A DNA stretch of 64,000 nt from Camelus ferus (taxonomy: Eukaryota). Shown one piece after another: positions 52,140 to 64,000 of the stretch. Every line of letters starts with the position of its first letter. Position 1 is the stretch's first letter. Location of the stretch: NCBI RefSeq assembly GCF_009834535.1, contig NC_045696.1:23934001-23998000 (forward strand), read 5' to 3'. The notes beneath the pieces were generated by a model. That model saw only the letters and a program-made list of their open reading frames with translations. It ran no database searches and was not told the origin of the DNA. The position numbers were made by a program, and so were the translations under genes.

Positions 52140-53337
52140 TGCTGTTCTAAAAGCCTGGTATGCAGACTTCTGGAGATTCCCAAGGCTTTTTCAAGGGGTC
52201 CACATAGTCAAAACTATTTTTGTAATATTTTAGCATGAATCAAGGCAAAAGCATCAAACTGTACTAGTAATTTTTGTAGTATTCACTGCCACACACTCAT
52301 GGGGGAAGACAATCTCTTTGATTAAGCATTAATTTAATTACATTTCAACCCTTGAATACACACAATTTTAAACATTGTATGTGATGAGAATTGAAACTAC
52401 ACATAAAAGCACTTTTGCCAAAGTATGATAGTACCCTTAAGGAAAATGGTGTTTGTGCTGCGAGCTGAACTAGCTGCTTTTTTAGTGGGACACCATCTCT
52501 GCTTGAGAAAATGACTGACTGATTATTCAGACTTGGGTATTTGACAGAGAGTTTTTCTTGAAAATAAACAAAATGAGCCTGTTACTTTTACTATTTTAAA
52601 GAAAAACTCTGCCAATACCCAAGAAAAAGAATGCTTAGAATCTGTTGCCAAAGATAAAATTTTAACTTCCCAGGAAAAATTAGGATTTTGGATATAGATC
52701 AAGGAAGAATATCCACAATTATCTGAAAAGACATTAAAATATTCTTCCCTGTCTAAACTACATAGCTAAGTAAGATCATATTTTTTTTAATATACTTAAA
52801 TCAGAACAACATACTGCAACAAATTCAGTACAGAAGTTGGTGGGAGAATTTAGCCGTTTTCTATTAGCTAGATATTAAATGATTAATCCCCCCAAAATAT
52901 AAATAATCCTAAGCCTTTCATTTTTTTAAGGAAAATGTAGTTATTTTTCATAAAATTATTTATGATAATAGGTCTACTGTTATTATCTTAAGACAAATTA
53001 ATGAATGCACACATTTTTAAATTGCTCAGTCTTAATTTATAATATTGTAAATACTAACAAAACCCATGTAAACAGAATAGGGGGTTGTCAGATTTAGCAA
53101 ATAAAACAACAGGACACACAATAAATTTAAATTTCAGATAAACATTGAATAATTGTTAATATACATATATCCTTTATAATATTGGGGACATACTTATACT
53201 AATAAATTATTCATTGTTTATCTGAAATTCGTATTTAACCAGGCATTCTGTATTTTATCTGGCAGGCCTACTTTGGCGTTCTCAAAAATTTTTAAGCGTA
53301 TAAAGAAGTCCTACAACCAAATGGTTTGAAAACCACT
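52140..53337. mobile_element. hAT-Charlie element (Charlie1a/b-like), internally deleted
   Basis: ggggtccacatagtcaaaactatttt; gcgagctgaactagctgctttttt; cagacttgggtatttgacaga; ends tttgaaaaccact. Confidence 0.75.
53078..53270. mobile_element. MER53 palindromic MITE nested in Charlie1
   Basis: Termini tagggg..gtcagat / atctggcaggccta; inverted arms aatttcagataaaca / tgtttatctgaaatt. Confidence 0.85.
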
Positions 53338-55319
53338 TCTTAAATGCATTCTACAGTTCAGCCTTTTCTCCATTTTGTTTCCTTTTTTTCTATTTACTCA
53401 GAATTAGTGAAGTTTAACTATAACTAGGGACTTAAGTGCCCTATTACCTCTAGACTTAATTACTGTTGAACATTACACTTTTCCAGTTAGTTCCAGACAT
53501 AACTTACTCATCTATGTATATTTTGCTTAAGTAGAAAATGAAAATGTGTTGCAGTAGCAGATCTGATAAAATTATAAATTTTATAGCTTATTTCATGGGT
53601 AACAATGATGGACCCACGTGCATGAGAAGAAACCATGAAGGAGATGCTCTTATTAAGTATTAAGTAATGATTGAAATAGATCCTACACTTATTTTATGTA
53701 AATTCTCTTTTGTGCAACAATTGGAAAACGAAGTATTTTGTCTAAAAGTCTTACAATGTGAGACTTACACAAGTGTTCAAGGAGGGCCTAAGGGAATGCG
53801 GTGCTTCTCAGAGATTACATTACTGTTTAATGTTTAATGTTTGTTTAATGTTTGCAAGTACCTTGCCTGTCTCGGATTGATTAATTGGTATATTTGCACT
53901 GAAAATAATAGCACTTTGCAGTACTCGTGGGAAACAACAAGTCTCTGAAATGGCTTATGATTTAAAATTGTGTAAGACTGAACCGTTGAACCCAAATTTT
54001 TGAAGCAAGTTAGTCCTTTATGTTAGCCCGTGCAGATTATATCTATGAAGGAATCAGTGGTCCCCTCTGGCTTTTTTGGTAGAAAAATGAAATTCAGTGT
54101 GCCACCAGGGTCTCTGGATAGTACAACCCTGGTACAAGAAAACTTAATCCTAAAAATTAAAATCTGTATCTTAAACAAAACAAAGTTCATTTAAAAACGT
54201 TATCTAAATTGTGTATGTGTACAGAAGAAGGTAACATGTATACCAAAAGATCAGCAGCAATTACCTCAGGAGACGAGGGTTATAGAGAACTTTCACTTCC
54301 TATTACATATACTTCTATGAAATATATTTATACCTTTGGATTATGTTTCAAATCAGCACAAAGCAGTAAAGATAATAATGCATTTTAAAAATTCTTATTT
54401 TTCAAAATGTAGGGTCATACTTCCTAAACTACTCCATAACTCATTTTGTTTACAGCGTGTCCCGGAACTCTTTCCACATGGGTATCTACACCCCTATCTT
54501 TTCTTTCAATTGTTTCATAGCACATCTCTACCAACATTTTTACCCTATTCTCTCTTGACAACACATTTTGCTTCTATTTCAAACAGCGCGGCCATGAACA
54601 TGAACACACAAATCTCTTTGTGCAACAGCAGGAAATTTGCAGGGCGGTGGGATGGACTAAATGGTTGTTTGGGGATGGTGGCGCTCATGGGAAGGAAGCA
54701 GGCATACAATTATTTTTACCTTCCTACTATGTCGTGGGAGTTATACAGAGGACTTTATTTTCCTGAGAGTTCACAGAAGCTTTTGGAAATGCCAAAAGAG
54801 GTCATCTTAATTGACTATGTCCCTTATACTAGGCCAGGTCTACTACCTTTAATTGCTTTCCCAAAGTCCCTTCTAAACACTGAAGTAGCTGAAAAGTTAT
54901 AAACCATTTCTCAGCCTCTTTGGGGGCTAGGACGTAATTTAGTTTCCATCATACGCTTGTGGGAATGTTTAGAAACTGAATCAAATGTAGAAAAAAAGAC
55001 AAGTTTGAGGCATACATTTTGCTGGCAAAGATCAAGGCCGAGGTGGCCGAGCCTTCCCCGTTCAGTGGGTGGATTCCTGATTCAGCATTTCCCAAAGCAG
55101 CAGTGGCATATTTCTGGATCATGGCAGACTAGCCTAGGACTGCAGCTTAGGAAGTCAGCACTATTAGCTGCAGATTTATAATTTTTCAGCTTCTTGCATC
55201 CGTGATAGTGGTTTACCTGCTAAAGGCAAAGGCAGAGTAATTTCTAGAGCTACCAGTTGATACTGGTTGTTAAGGCCGGAACTGTTCTTGCATTCCTTTC
55301 AATGACTTTGTACATTCTC

Positions 55320-55648
55320 AGTCCTCTATATTATTACCCCAAGTCCAGCTCACCGTCTCTTTTTGTGCTGTCTGCATGCAAAAAATGATTTTTACATTTT
55401 TTATTGGTTGGGGAAAAATAAAAAGAAAAATAATATTCTGTGACATGTGGAAGTGATATCAGATTCAAATTTCAGTGTCCTTAAATAAAACTGTATTGGA
55501 ACATACCACTCCCACACATCTGCATGTTAGCTCGAACTGCTTTTGCCCTATCAAGCATAATTGAGTGGTTGTGACAAAGATCATATGGCTCACAAAGTTG
55601 AAAATATTTATTATCTGGCCCTTTGCACAAAAAGTTTGCCAACCCCTG
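55320..55648. mobile_element. MER58B-like hAT-Charlie MITE
   Basis: ttcaaatttcagtgtcc..taaataaaact...tctggccctttgcacaaaaagtttgccaacccctg, followed by the Charlie-type target atctagag. Confidence 0.85.
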
Positions 55649-55862
55649 ATCTAGAGTAAACTGCCTTGGTTTGACTGAACTCTGAGCTGTATGGTTGCTA
55701 CTGTATTAAGAAAGATGAGAAAATGGTGGCACACATTGTAAACAATATGTTAATTTTGCTGAAATTTTAGTCACTGCTATTTTTTGTATTTCTCACATCT
55801 GGTCCTGGTTAGATGATTTTCCATGTTGAAATCATAATTCAGGTTACAAAGGGCTTAAAAAT

Positions 55863-56266
55863 TATGGTGGCTATTAGCGCTGTTCAACTATTTCTGTTTC
55901 TCCTCAAAGGCTTAAGGTAAAATTGCACTTCTGTGCACCCTTGATATTAGGTGCATTAGACATGACCATGTAACTTGCTTTGGCCAATAAAATTTGAGTG
56001 CAAGGAACACATGTCACTTCAAAGCAGAAGTTTGAGAGCAACCTACACAACTGACTGTGCTCTTTTTGCCCCTGTCACAGTTGGTTGAGATGGTCCATGT
56101 TCCATCAGCTTGGATTTCTTTTCTCTGAGTAGCTGCAGTAAAGAGCAGTCCCTGCCAACTCTCATGCACATAGCATGAGTGAGAAATCTACCTTTGCTGT
56201 TTTAAGGTACTGAGATTTGGGGGTTGCTTGTTATTGCAGCAGAACCTGAACTCTCCTGACTGATAC
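55863..56266 (+). mobile_element. MaLR LTR (MLT1I/J-like)
   Basis: ccatgtaacttgctttggccaat; ctgagatttggggttgcttgtta...cctgactgatac. Confidence 0.8.
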
Positions 56267-58387
56267 CTCAATGTATAAATTAGGTTGAAGTATTAAAACT
56301 CGATAATTCAGACATAAAAATATAAATTGGGTTTTCTCTATTTCTAAAACAGTTCATATTTTGATCAGAAGATCCTATTCCCACAGGTAGTGGGAAAGAT
56401 TTCCTCAACTCTTCTTCATTTCCACATGGAACTCTTTGTCACTGTCCCTCACACTCACCTGAAGCTCACAGAACTCTGTAAAGATTTCCTCCAGCTCACT
56501 TCCCTTGGCTTTTTCTATTTTAATGCCTGGTGTCATATTGAATGTGGCTCCCAAGAGACAGCTTCTCCGAGAGACTTGATGTCTCCCGCAGGATATGCCC
56601 CAAACCTGTCTGAGTATTTCTGTGCCCTCCTGTCTTTGGGTTTTAGCCAAACAGTGGAAGCAAGAGAACCCTCACGTCTTACTCCTGTCATTACCTGCCT
56701 CTCACTCTCACCTTCTTCTTTACCTTTCTCTAGAATCAGAAGATCTTTCCAGTTCTTCTCCCAGCTGGTAGGAGCTTCCTTATACGCCTCCTTCTTCAGT
56801 CCTGGGCGGTCACCCTCCCCCTCTCTATCTCATTGTTCACTGCAGAGCCGCAGAGAATGAAAGTGGCTACTAGAAAGAGGGTACGTACTTCAGAAGTATT
56901 TCTGAAATATTACTCTTACTACATCACTCTCAATGGACCCAGGCATTAAAAAGCACGAGTACCATAGATGCTTGAATATCAGGAAAGTTGTTTTCTCCAA
57001 AATTATCCTTCAGAAACAAAAAAGTCATCTCACAGAATCTGTCATTTAAAATAGAGTCCTATTATTTTAACAACAAAATTCTATTTGGGAAAGGTACACT
57101 AATCCAAAATCAATGGAATGAAATGTTTAAAAGGTCGAAAATGAAAAAAATAAAAAAAAGGTGGAAAATAAATTTACACACACTTAATAATTACTGCTAG
57201 AGTATGGCCTGATAATCACAAGTGTTGGATGTAAACACACCTTTTATATATCACTGTAAAAAGTAAAGCATAATAACTGAGTTGCTGAAATGAGACTACC
57301 AAATGGATATTTGTTGCTTGGGGTAAAATTTTCAGTGACCACCTAACCCACAAGCTGTGAAAGATTTATATCTCCAACAACTTAGATAAAAGGGAAGGGG
57401 ATAAGTTCTTTGGTTTAAATGATTATAAAAGTGGTTCTAGTTATAAAAAAGACACTGATGTATAACCTATAATTTTCAGAACACACTTTCACTATATTCA
57501 GGCATTATAAAGTGTTTATGCAAGTGAGGAGTTTTGCTATAACTGTTTCATAGAATGAGATCATGAAAAATAGCAATGTTTGTTAATTACTGTATCATTT
57601 AAAATAATATGTGATTTTTAAGTTGTGTGTAACCAAAGAAAATAAGTAAATTTTATAAATAGCTCTTTAAACTACATCCCTAAAAGTATGTATATTCAAG
57701 TTAACAAACAATGCAAAACAAAACAAATAAACTAAAAAACAACCACAACAACAAACAAACAGACAAACAAAAAAAAGGCCTCCTTTTAAGATCTTTTGGA
57801 AAATGAGGGATCATCTTATTTCAAGTTTGCTTCATATTCAATAAATCATGCAATTGTAACTCTCTCTAATTAATATTCTTCTACATAAATGTATCTCCTA
57901 CTACTTAGGAATGAATATGCTTTTTTCTAAGTTTCCAAATCTCTGTTAGTTCTGATGAACACTCTGTAGTTAGCAGATTTATACAGTTTTTTGAAGTTTT
58001 CATATTTTTTATCATTTATTATATTCCAAATTAACATTTCCATTTTCTGTTAGCAGCACTGTTAGTAACTTCCAGCTAATGAGAAAAGTCCTTTCCAAAT
58101 CTAGATGTGCTATATGTTGTTATTCTTTTTCTACCAGTTTTTAGCCCCAAACTAAATCCCAGGCAATTCCTGTGTGATGCTCACTTGACCCAAACCAGTC
58201 TTTCCTGGACCTGCCTTTTATCAAACTACTTCTGCTGTTCAAAATTTATCCCAAAGAAGTTTCTTTCTTTCTTTTTAGTCACTTAGATAAAACAAAAAAT
58301 CTCTTTGGTTTGAAAATAGAAATTATTTTATAGCAGAAAGGGGGAGAGGGAGACTAAGAGCAAGAGAGAGAGAGAAAGGAAAAGAGA

Positions 58388-58435
58388 GGAAGGAAGGAAG
58401 GAAGGAAGGAAGGAAGGAAGGAAGGAAGGAAGGAA
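58388..58435 (+). repeat. (GGAA)12 microsatellite in a purine tract
   Basis: Perfect 48-bp run preceded by a GA-rich tract. Confidence 0.97.
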
Positions 58436-58679
58436 GGAGACAATAAATAAATAAGTAAACAAAGAGCATGGAAAGGCCATGTAGGAAGCTATGGGATCAT
58501 GGTGAGAAATCAGGTTGCAGAGTTTGGTACCATGTTCATTTCCTAGAAATGGAAATTTTCTGTTTCAAGAGGTCTTTCAAATTTATATATATATTCTTAA
58601 TTACCAATCTAAAATAAACCTAGAAGAAAATAAGTATGCATTTCCTAGAGCCAGGAGCACTTTTTATAACTACCCATCC

Positions 58680-58830
58680 CCACGGTGCTGTCTACATTTT
58701 AAAAGAATCCTAGGTTTTATCGTGGATTAGACACATCTCTTTCTTTCCTGAGAAAGCTGAAGGTTCAGTGACTTACTCAGGATCACACAGCTGAGCCAGA
58801 GGCAGGAGGAGGACTGGAAATGGTCCAGGA
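58680..58830 (-). mobile_element. MIR fragment
   Basis: tgagaaagctgaaggttcagtgacttactcaggatcacacagct. Confidence 0.6.
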
Positions 58831-59829
58831 TTTTCCCAGCTGGGCTGTGCTGGTGGCTCAGTTATGTAACAAGTCTCCCAAGTTCTCATCTGGATTTAGC
58901 AGCGTTAGCAGGAGAGATGCCCAGTAACAACCCTCCTCTAGTTTCTAAGTCATCAGGGCAAAGTGATGGTCATTTAACCTCAGCAATTTTCCCCCACTTA
59001 CCTTTAACCCACAGGAAGAATACATTATTCTAAGAAGCAGCGGCCTCTTAGCTAGTATTGTACATTGCACTCTGAAGTCTGACAGTTTATTACAGTGGTT
59101 ACTATTCTGGGCCCAACAAATGGGGTCAATCCCAGTAATCATATTGCACAGTATCCAGTACAACAGAATCCAAATGTCCTTTCTCTTCCTGCCTGTTCCC
59201 TCTGTTGCTAGTGTGCACAGGGGCCTCAGTCTGGAGTGCCAAGAGCAATCTCTTTACGCAGAGCTGAACGGATGTCCTCCCCTCTTATCAGAACTAACAT
59301 CTACATCTGGGCATACACGGACAGAAAGCTGCCTCAGCAAATTGTTAATCATTTTGGATTTAGGGGTTTAAAAAGATCTGATTATGTTTTATTGTTGTCT
59401 CTGTGATTAATAGCTGATTTCTGGAATTAGCAAAATAAGAAAGGGAAGAAAACTTGGCTGGAGAGTTTTTCATGCCATGTGGTTATGCTTTTGAATGTCT
59501 TGACTGAAGCCTCTCCACAAGCAAAAGGAAAACAAGTTTTCCAGGTCCTATTTACACTGTAAATCACTCTGCAACAGTTCACAGGGTATGTTGGTACTTG
59601 CTGGCAGAGGAAGAGTATATTCAGTTACATGAAGCACTTCCTAGTGATGTGTGAACTATGTGGTGAAAAATCAGGACTAAACAAATGTTCTGCCTTAATC
59701 TCTGAGAGGTGGATATTAGTATTAACTGGGTTTACCAATCTTTTTCCCTTAGCTTCTAGAATGCTACATTCTTCTGGTCCACCTAACTTGTCTAACAATG
59801 TCTTATTTCCTTTTACAGTTTCTCTTCCC

Positions 59830-61090
59830 AAGAGAAGACAGGGATGCCTAAGACTCAGTCCTTAACCTTCTCTCCAATTTTGTTCTTCATATTTTTTTCT
59901 CTCTTAAGCTGCCATCTGTTTGACTGGTCATTACCTTCAATGACTTCATTGTAGACCTGTAAGGAGGCAGAGGCATTTAGTCAAAATTTCCTAATTGGAA
60001 TGACTCTGAAATCTAACATTCTTTCTCCTAAAGACCATTTTCAAATGAATATTTCCACTTCAACTGACTACTTGACCACCTCACATTCAACATTAGAAAC
60101 AAAGAAAAAGAATAAAAGAGGACACTAATGAACTCATCTACGAAACACAAACACATTCACAGACATAGCAAACAGTCTTATGGTTACTGAGGGAAAGAGG
60201 GTGGGAGGGGCTAAATTTGGGAGTTTGAGATTTGCAAATATTAACCACTATATGTTAAAATAGATTAAAAAAATTTTTTTCTGTATAGCACAGGGAACTA
60301 TGTTCAATATCTTGTAATAACCTTTAATGAAGAGAATATGAAAATGAATATACGTATATATATGCATGACTGGGACATTATACTGTACACTAGAAGTTGA
60401 CACATTGTAACTGACTATACTTGAATAAAAATAAATTTAAAAATTAAAAATAGATAAAACTAACCATCGCTAGACCATCTCCGCCTTACCTCCTCCCCAA
60501 CGATTCCGTCTTCCTGACTTCCATAGCTCCACTGACTGATTACCCTGCCTCCAGCCTCCCCTGCAGAGAGCCTACCTACTACTGTCAGATTCATCTGCCC
60601 AAAAAGCATCCATTCTCTTGCTGCCACCCCACAAGATGATCATCCAGTGCCCATAATTAGGACCATTTAGCCTGAAATAAAGAATTTGCCAAAATCTAGT
60701 CATAGTCTGTCTTTGCAACCTTAACTCTCACCAGAGCCTTACATGAACTTTCTATTCATGTCCCTTCAGTGTCCCCAGGACACATTGGACTTTCACTCTC
60801 TCTGCTTTAGTTCACTCTGTTCTCATTGCTGGGAACCCCTTTTCCTCCTTCCTTCCACTATTCAAATCTCATCCATCCTTCAGGACCCAGACCAAACCCC
60901 ACCTCCTTCGTCAAGATTTACATTAATCATCCAATGCTAAATGGTCTCTCCCTCTCCTGCCCGCCTCTGCCTCTTTGGCCCGCATCACTTTCTAAGCACT
61001 GATTATCCGTAACCTGTGTTGTTTGTTATAATTTCATCTATCATAACATCTCCCCCATAACTCATATGCCTCCTGAGGGTTCAGACTGTG
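59830..61090 (+). mobile_element. Decayed L2 interrupted by an L1
   Basis: cacctcacattcaacat...; tcctcatcc-type L2 3' motifs (catccttcaggacccag). Confidence 0.55.
60098..60452 (+). mobile_element. L1 3' end, same family as the copies at 2031 and 20865
   Basis: ggacactaatgaactcatctac...tttgggagtttgagatttgcaaa...aataaa plus A-rich tail; reverse complement matches 20865-21190. Confidence 0.92.
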
Positions 61091-63019
61091 AAGCAAATTA
61101 TTATCTTCATATTGATGACTTTTCCACAATAAAGGCATCATTGATTTGTTCATATTCATTTTTATTACTATTAAACAAACCATATTTAGAATATATGTTG
61201 TAGACACACATGTGTTGAATTATTTGTACACTTGACTGTTATGAATTATGGTCAGATGAAATCTGAATACAATTTGTGGTTGTCTGGGGTAGGATGACAA
61301 TAATTGAAAATGACGAAAAAAAAGATAAAGAAATAGATGAAACTATTATTTCACTACTTATAATGCATACAAAGGACTTAAAAACAGAGGTGGGTAAGAA
61401 AGACTTGAAAATGACTTGGTAGTGGCCAGGGCAATTATATTGTTAAAAATAATGCCAAAGATGAGAAGAAGAATTCAGTATTCCCAGCAGTCAACTCAAA
61501 GAAATGGAATAAATGTAATACTGTGGAGGCGAGTTCATATTTGTAGAAATAACAGATGTTTGCATATGTAGAGATGTGGAAATTTACAAACTTGTAAGAG
61601 CACATGGAAGTAGATTATTTAGTATAACATGTATTTTTCCAATGTAATAGCCATGACTGTTACATGACTGTGCTGTGACTTCAAGTCTGTATTTTCCCAG
61701 CCAATCTTGCTGACACTTCTCTCAATTTACCAGCTTAAGCATATGACTATGAATCCACCCTGTGTTGGGTCATCAGTCTATTTTACTATCTGTCTATCTC
61801 TTTTGCAAAGTAAATAAAATGTGTGCTGCTAATTTTTTTTTTAACTGTTGCCGTGGAAATTTTAAGCTTCAATGTTACTAATGGGTTGCACTTTTTAATT
61901 AACAGATCATTTGATTTTTATAAATATGTGTGTGACCTTCTTAATATTGTTTTAATTGATTTTGTTTAAATGGCTTTCTTTCTAAAACTGCAATCAATAT
62001 GGTTCCTAGAAAAAGGAAGCAGACCAAGCATATTGGATCTAAGGCATTTTACAAGATGTCTTTTTGTTTAAGCATATTATTTAGAAGAAAGATGAACTTT
62101 GAATTATTCTATTCAATTATATTTTCTAGTATGCAAAATTTATTCCAGTCTTTCATGTTTATAAAGCAGTCTTGCCTAGATCATTGCAATGGCTTTCTCA
62201 AACATATGTTCAAGAAATACTTGTACAACAGCCTGGTTCCTTTTAGTGAAAACAAAAACTACTACTGTGTGTGGTTTAGATCATAAGTATATGAAATAGA
62301 TTATTTTTAAAACTTATTTTTATTCTAGGTCAAAATGCTCACTTAAGTAATCATGATTTGAGTACATATTAGAAAAGAAGAGACATTAGAACCAATGAAA
62401 AGTTAAGTTTTCCCAATTCCCTTTGTTGGTTTGTTTAATTTTTTGTGTTTTTCGTTCCAATGGAAACTGATATTTGTAGAGGGCTCTAGAAACAACTCAT
62501 TGCCAACCACAGATAAGATGAGATGCAGAGAAACTACCACAGAGAAATGCTCTGCAATTTCATGGTTATTCAGCTCCCACCAAAGAAAAAAAAATCTGAT
62601 AAATTAAATTATTAATATCTAAGTCAGGGGTATGCAGGAAAGAGGAGGAAGCAATTCGGAAGGACAGGGAGAGGAGGACCAATTCTCATGGTTTTGGGGA
62701 TCCATGGAATATTGATTGTCAGCCAGCTTTTCCGGTTTATGGGTATATGAGCCTACGGAACACTAGCAGATGGTCCAAGTGTTATAGATGGGGAAGAAAG
62801 GAATTGAGCATGACTTAGAGGCAATTTAGCAGTATTGGAAAATACAAATGAGGCTTATACATTTTGACAAATAAAAGGAATTTTGTTGAGCCTAGTGATT
62901 GTTGGAAACTGTGCATCTGAAATAGACAATTATTTAATATTTAATTTTATGTAAGGATACATTTTTAAGTCTCCTTACTTTTCAGTCTAATATTTGGTTA
63001 TGGAACTTTTGCATATGTA

Positions 63020-63525
63020 AAAAACTATTCAGTGTTAGTAAGAAATGAGATATGAAGCCATGAAAAGACATGGGGAAGCCTTATATGCTTATTGCTAAGT
63101 TAAAGAAGCCAGTCTGAAAAGGCTACATACTGTATGGTTCCAACTATATGACATTCTGGGAAAGACAAAACTATAAAGACAATAAGGTCAGTGGTTGCCA
63201 GGTGTTCAAAGGGAGGGCAGGTAGAGCACAGGGAATTTTTAGGACGGTGAAATTATTCTGTATGAAACTAATGAATTCATGCCATTTTGCATTTGTCAAA
63301 GCCGTGGAACGCTACAACACAAAGTGTGAACCTTAATAAAAAACGATGGACTATAGTTAGTAATGCATCAATACTCATTTAACAGTAGCAAATATACTAC
63401 ACTAATGCAAGATGCTAATAACAAGGAAAATTGTGAGGGGTGGAAGGGGTAAAGGAATTCTTTGCATTATCTACTCAAATTATTCTGTAAATCTAAAACT
63501 GTACTAAAAATAAATCTATTGATTA
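63020..63525 (+). mobile_element. L1MC-like 3' end
   Basis: gaagccagtctgaaaaggctacatactgtatg...ctgtaaatctaaaactg...aaaataaa. Confidence 0.85.
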
Positions 63526-64000
63526 TTTTTAAAAAGTATTCTCATATGTTTAGTTCACATTATTTTTACTAAAATAAGAATTTGGGTTTTTCCTCCCAAG
63601 GAAAATCGACCCTTTTCCTTTATGGATTAAACACACACACAAACACATACACACACATACATTTTGGTTTTCATCCTGAATATCAAAAACAACCATCAGG
63701 TATGTATTTGTTTTAACTATTCACTCAGGAATTCAGCTGATTACTGATTGTTTATAGAAAAATCACACACACAAAAATAAGATGACAATCTATGTGTAAT
63801 TTTAGTGAATCGTATATTGTCTTGGGCATTGAGTATCCACTAAGTAGAAAGCTGAGACTAACATAAGTTGGAAATTTTTCAAACATGTATCATCCCTGAA
63901 TTAACGGGGATTCCACAAAAAGGTTGACTTTGTATAAACTGTAGTTTCCTAGTAGCCGAGGTCAGAGAGAGAAAAAAGAAGCCTTTGAAACAGTACTTGT

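Noticed and set aside
54336..54902. Longest ORF (188 aa)
   Set aside because: Non-ATG start (ttg), no recognisable domain, overlaps decayed L1-like sequence; consistent with chance
56390..56860. 156-aa plus-strand ORF
   Set aside because: gtg start, Ser/Leu/Phe-rich from pyrimidine bias, no homology recognised
1..64000. CRISPR array, operon, NUMT or non-retroviral endogenous viral gene
   Set aside because: No regularly spaced repeats, no long ORFs, and no mitochondrial or viral sequence recognised; the DNA is mammalian and repeat-rich

Overview
AT-rich, CpG-depleted placental-mammal DNA, intronic or intergenic in character. I found no protein-coding gene, tRNA, rRNA, CRISPR array or prokaryotic feature. 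The only ORF in the track I recognise is a LINE-1 ORF2 C-terminal remnant (21210-21458, -); the rest look like chance ORFs. A large part of the window is layered transposon debris: ancient L2, MIR and L1M/L1ME pieces, hAT DNA transposons (MER5, Charlie1, MER53, MER58, MER91), MaLR/ERVL LTRs, ERV1-type solo LTRs, and younger 5'-truncated L1 3' ends, some with intact target-site duplications (TSDs). The young L1 tails look cetartiodactyl. I saw no Bov-A/Bov-tA/BovB, PRE-1, Alu or SINEC, so a camelid genome is my inference, not a certainty. The signals most worth checking lie in repeat-free DNA: a perfect 13-bp oestrogen response element (ERE) flanked by FOX and GATA motifs (~14.5 kb), three near-ERE IR3 elements within ~270 bp (~35.3-35.6 kb), a CpG-retaining low-GC block containing a candidate exon (~27.4-28.15 kb), and a few unverified splice-bounded segments. 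A palindromic MER53 carries a miR-1302-like arm. I cannot support a genuinely new biological system from the sequence alone. Repeat family names are from memory of consensus sequences, and boundaries are approximate unless a TSD is quoted.
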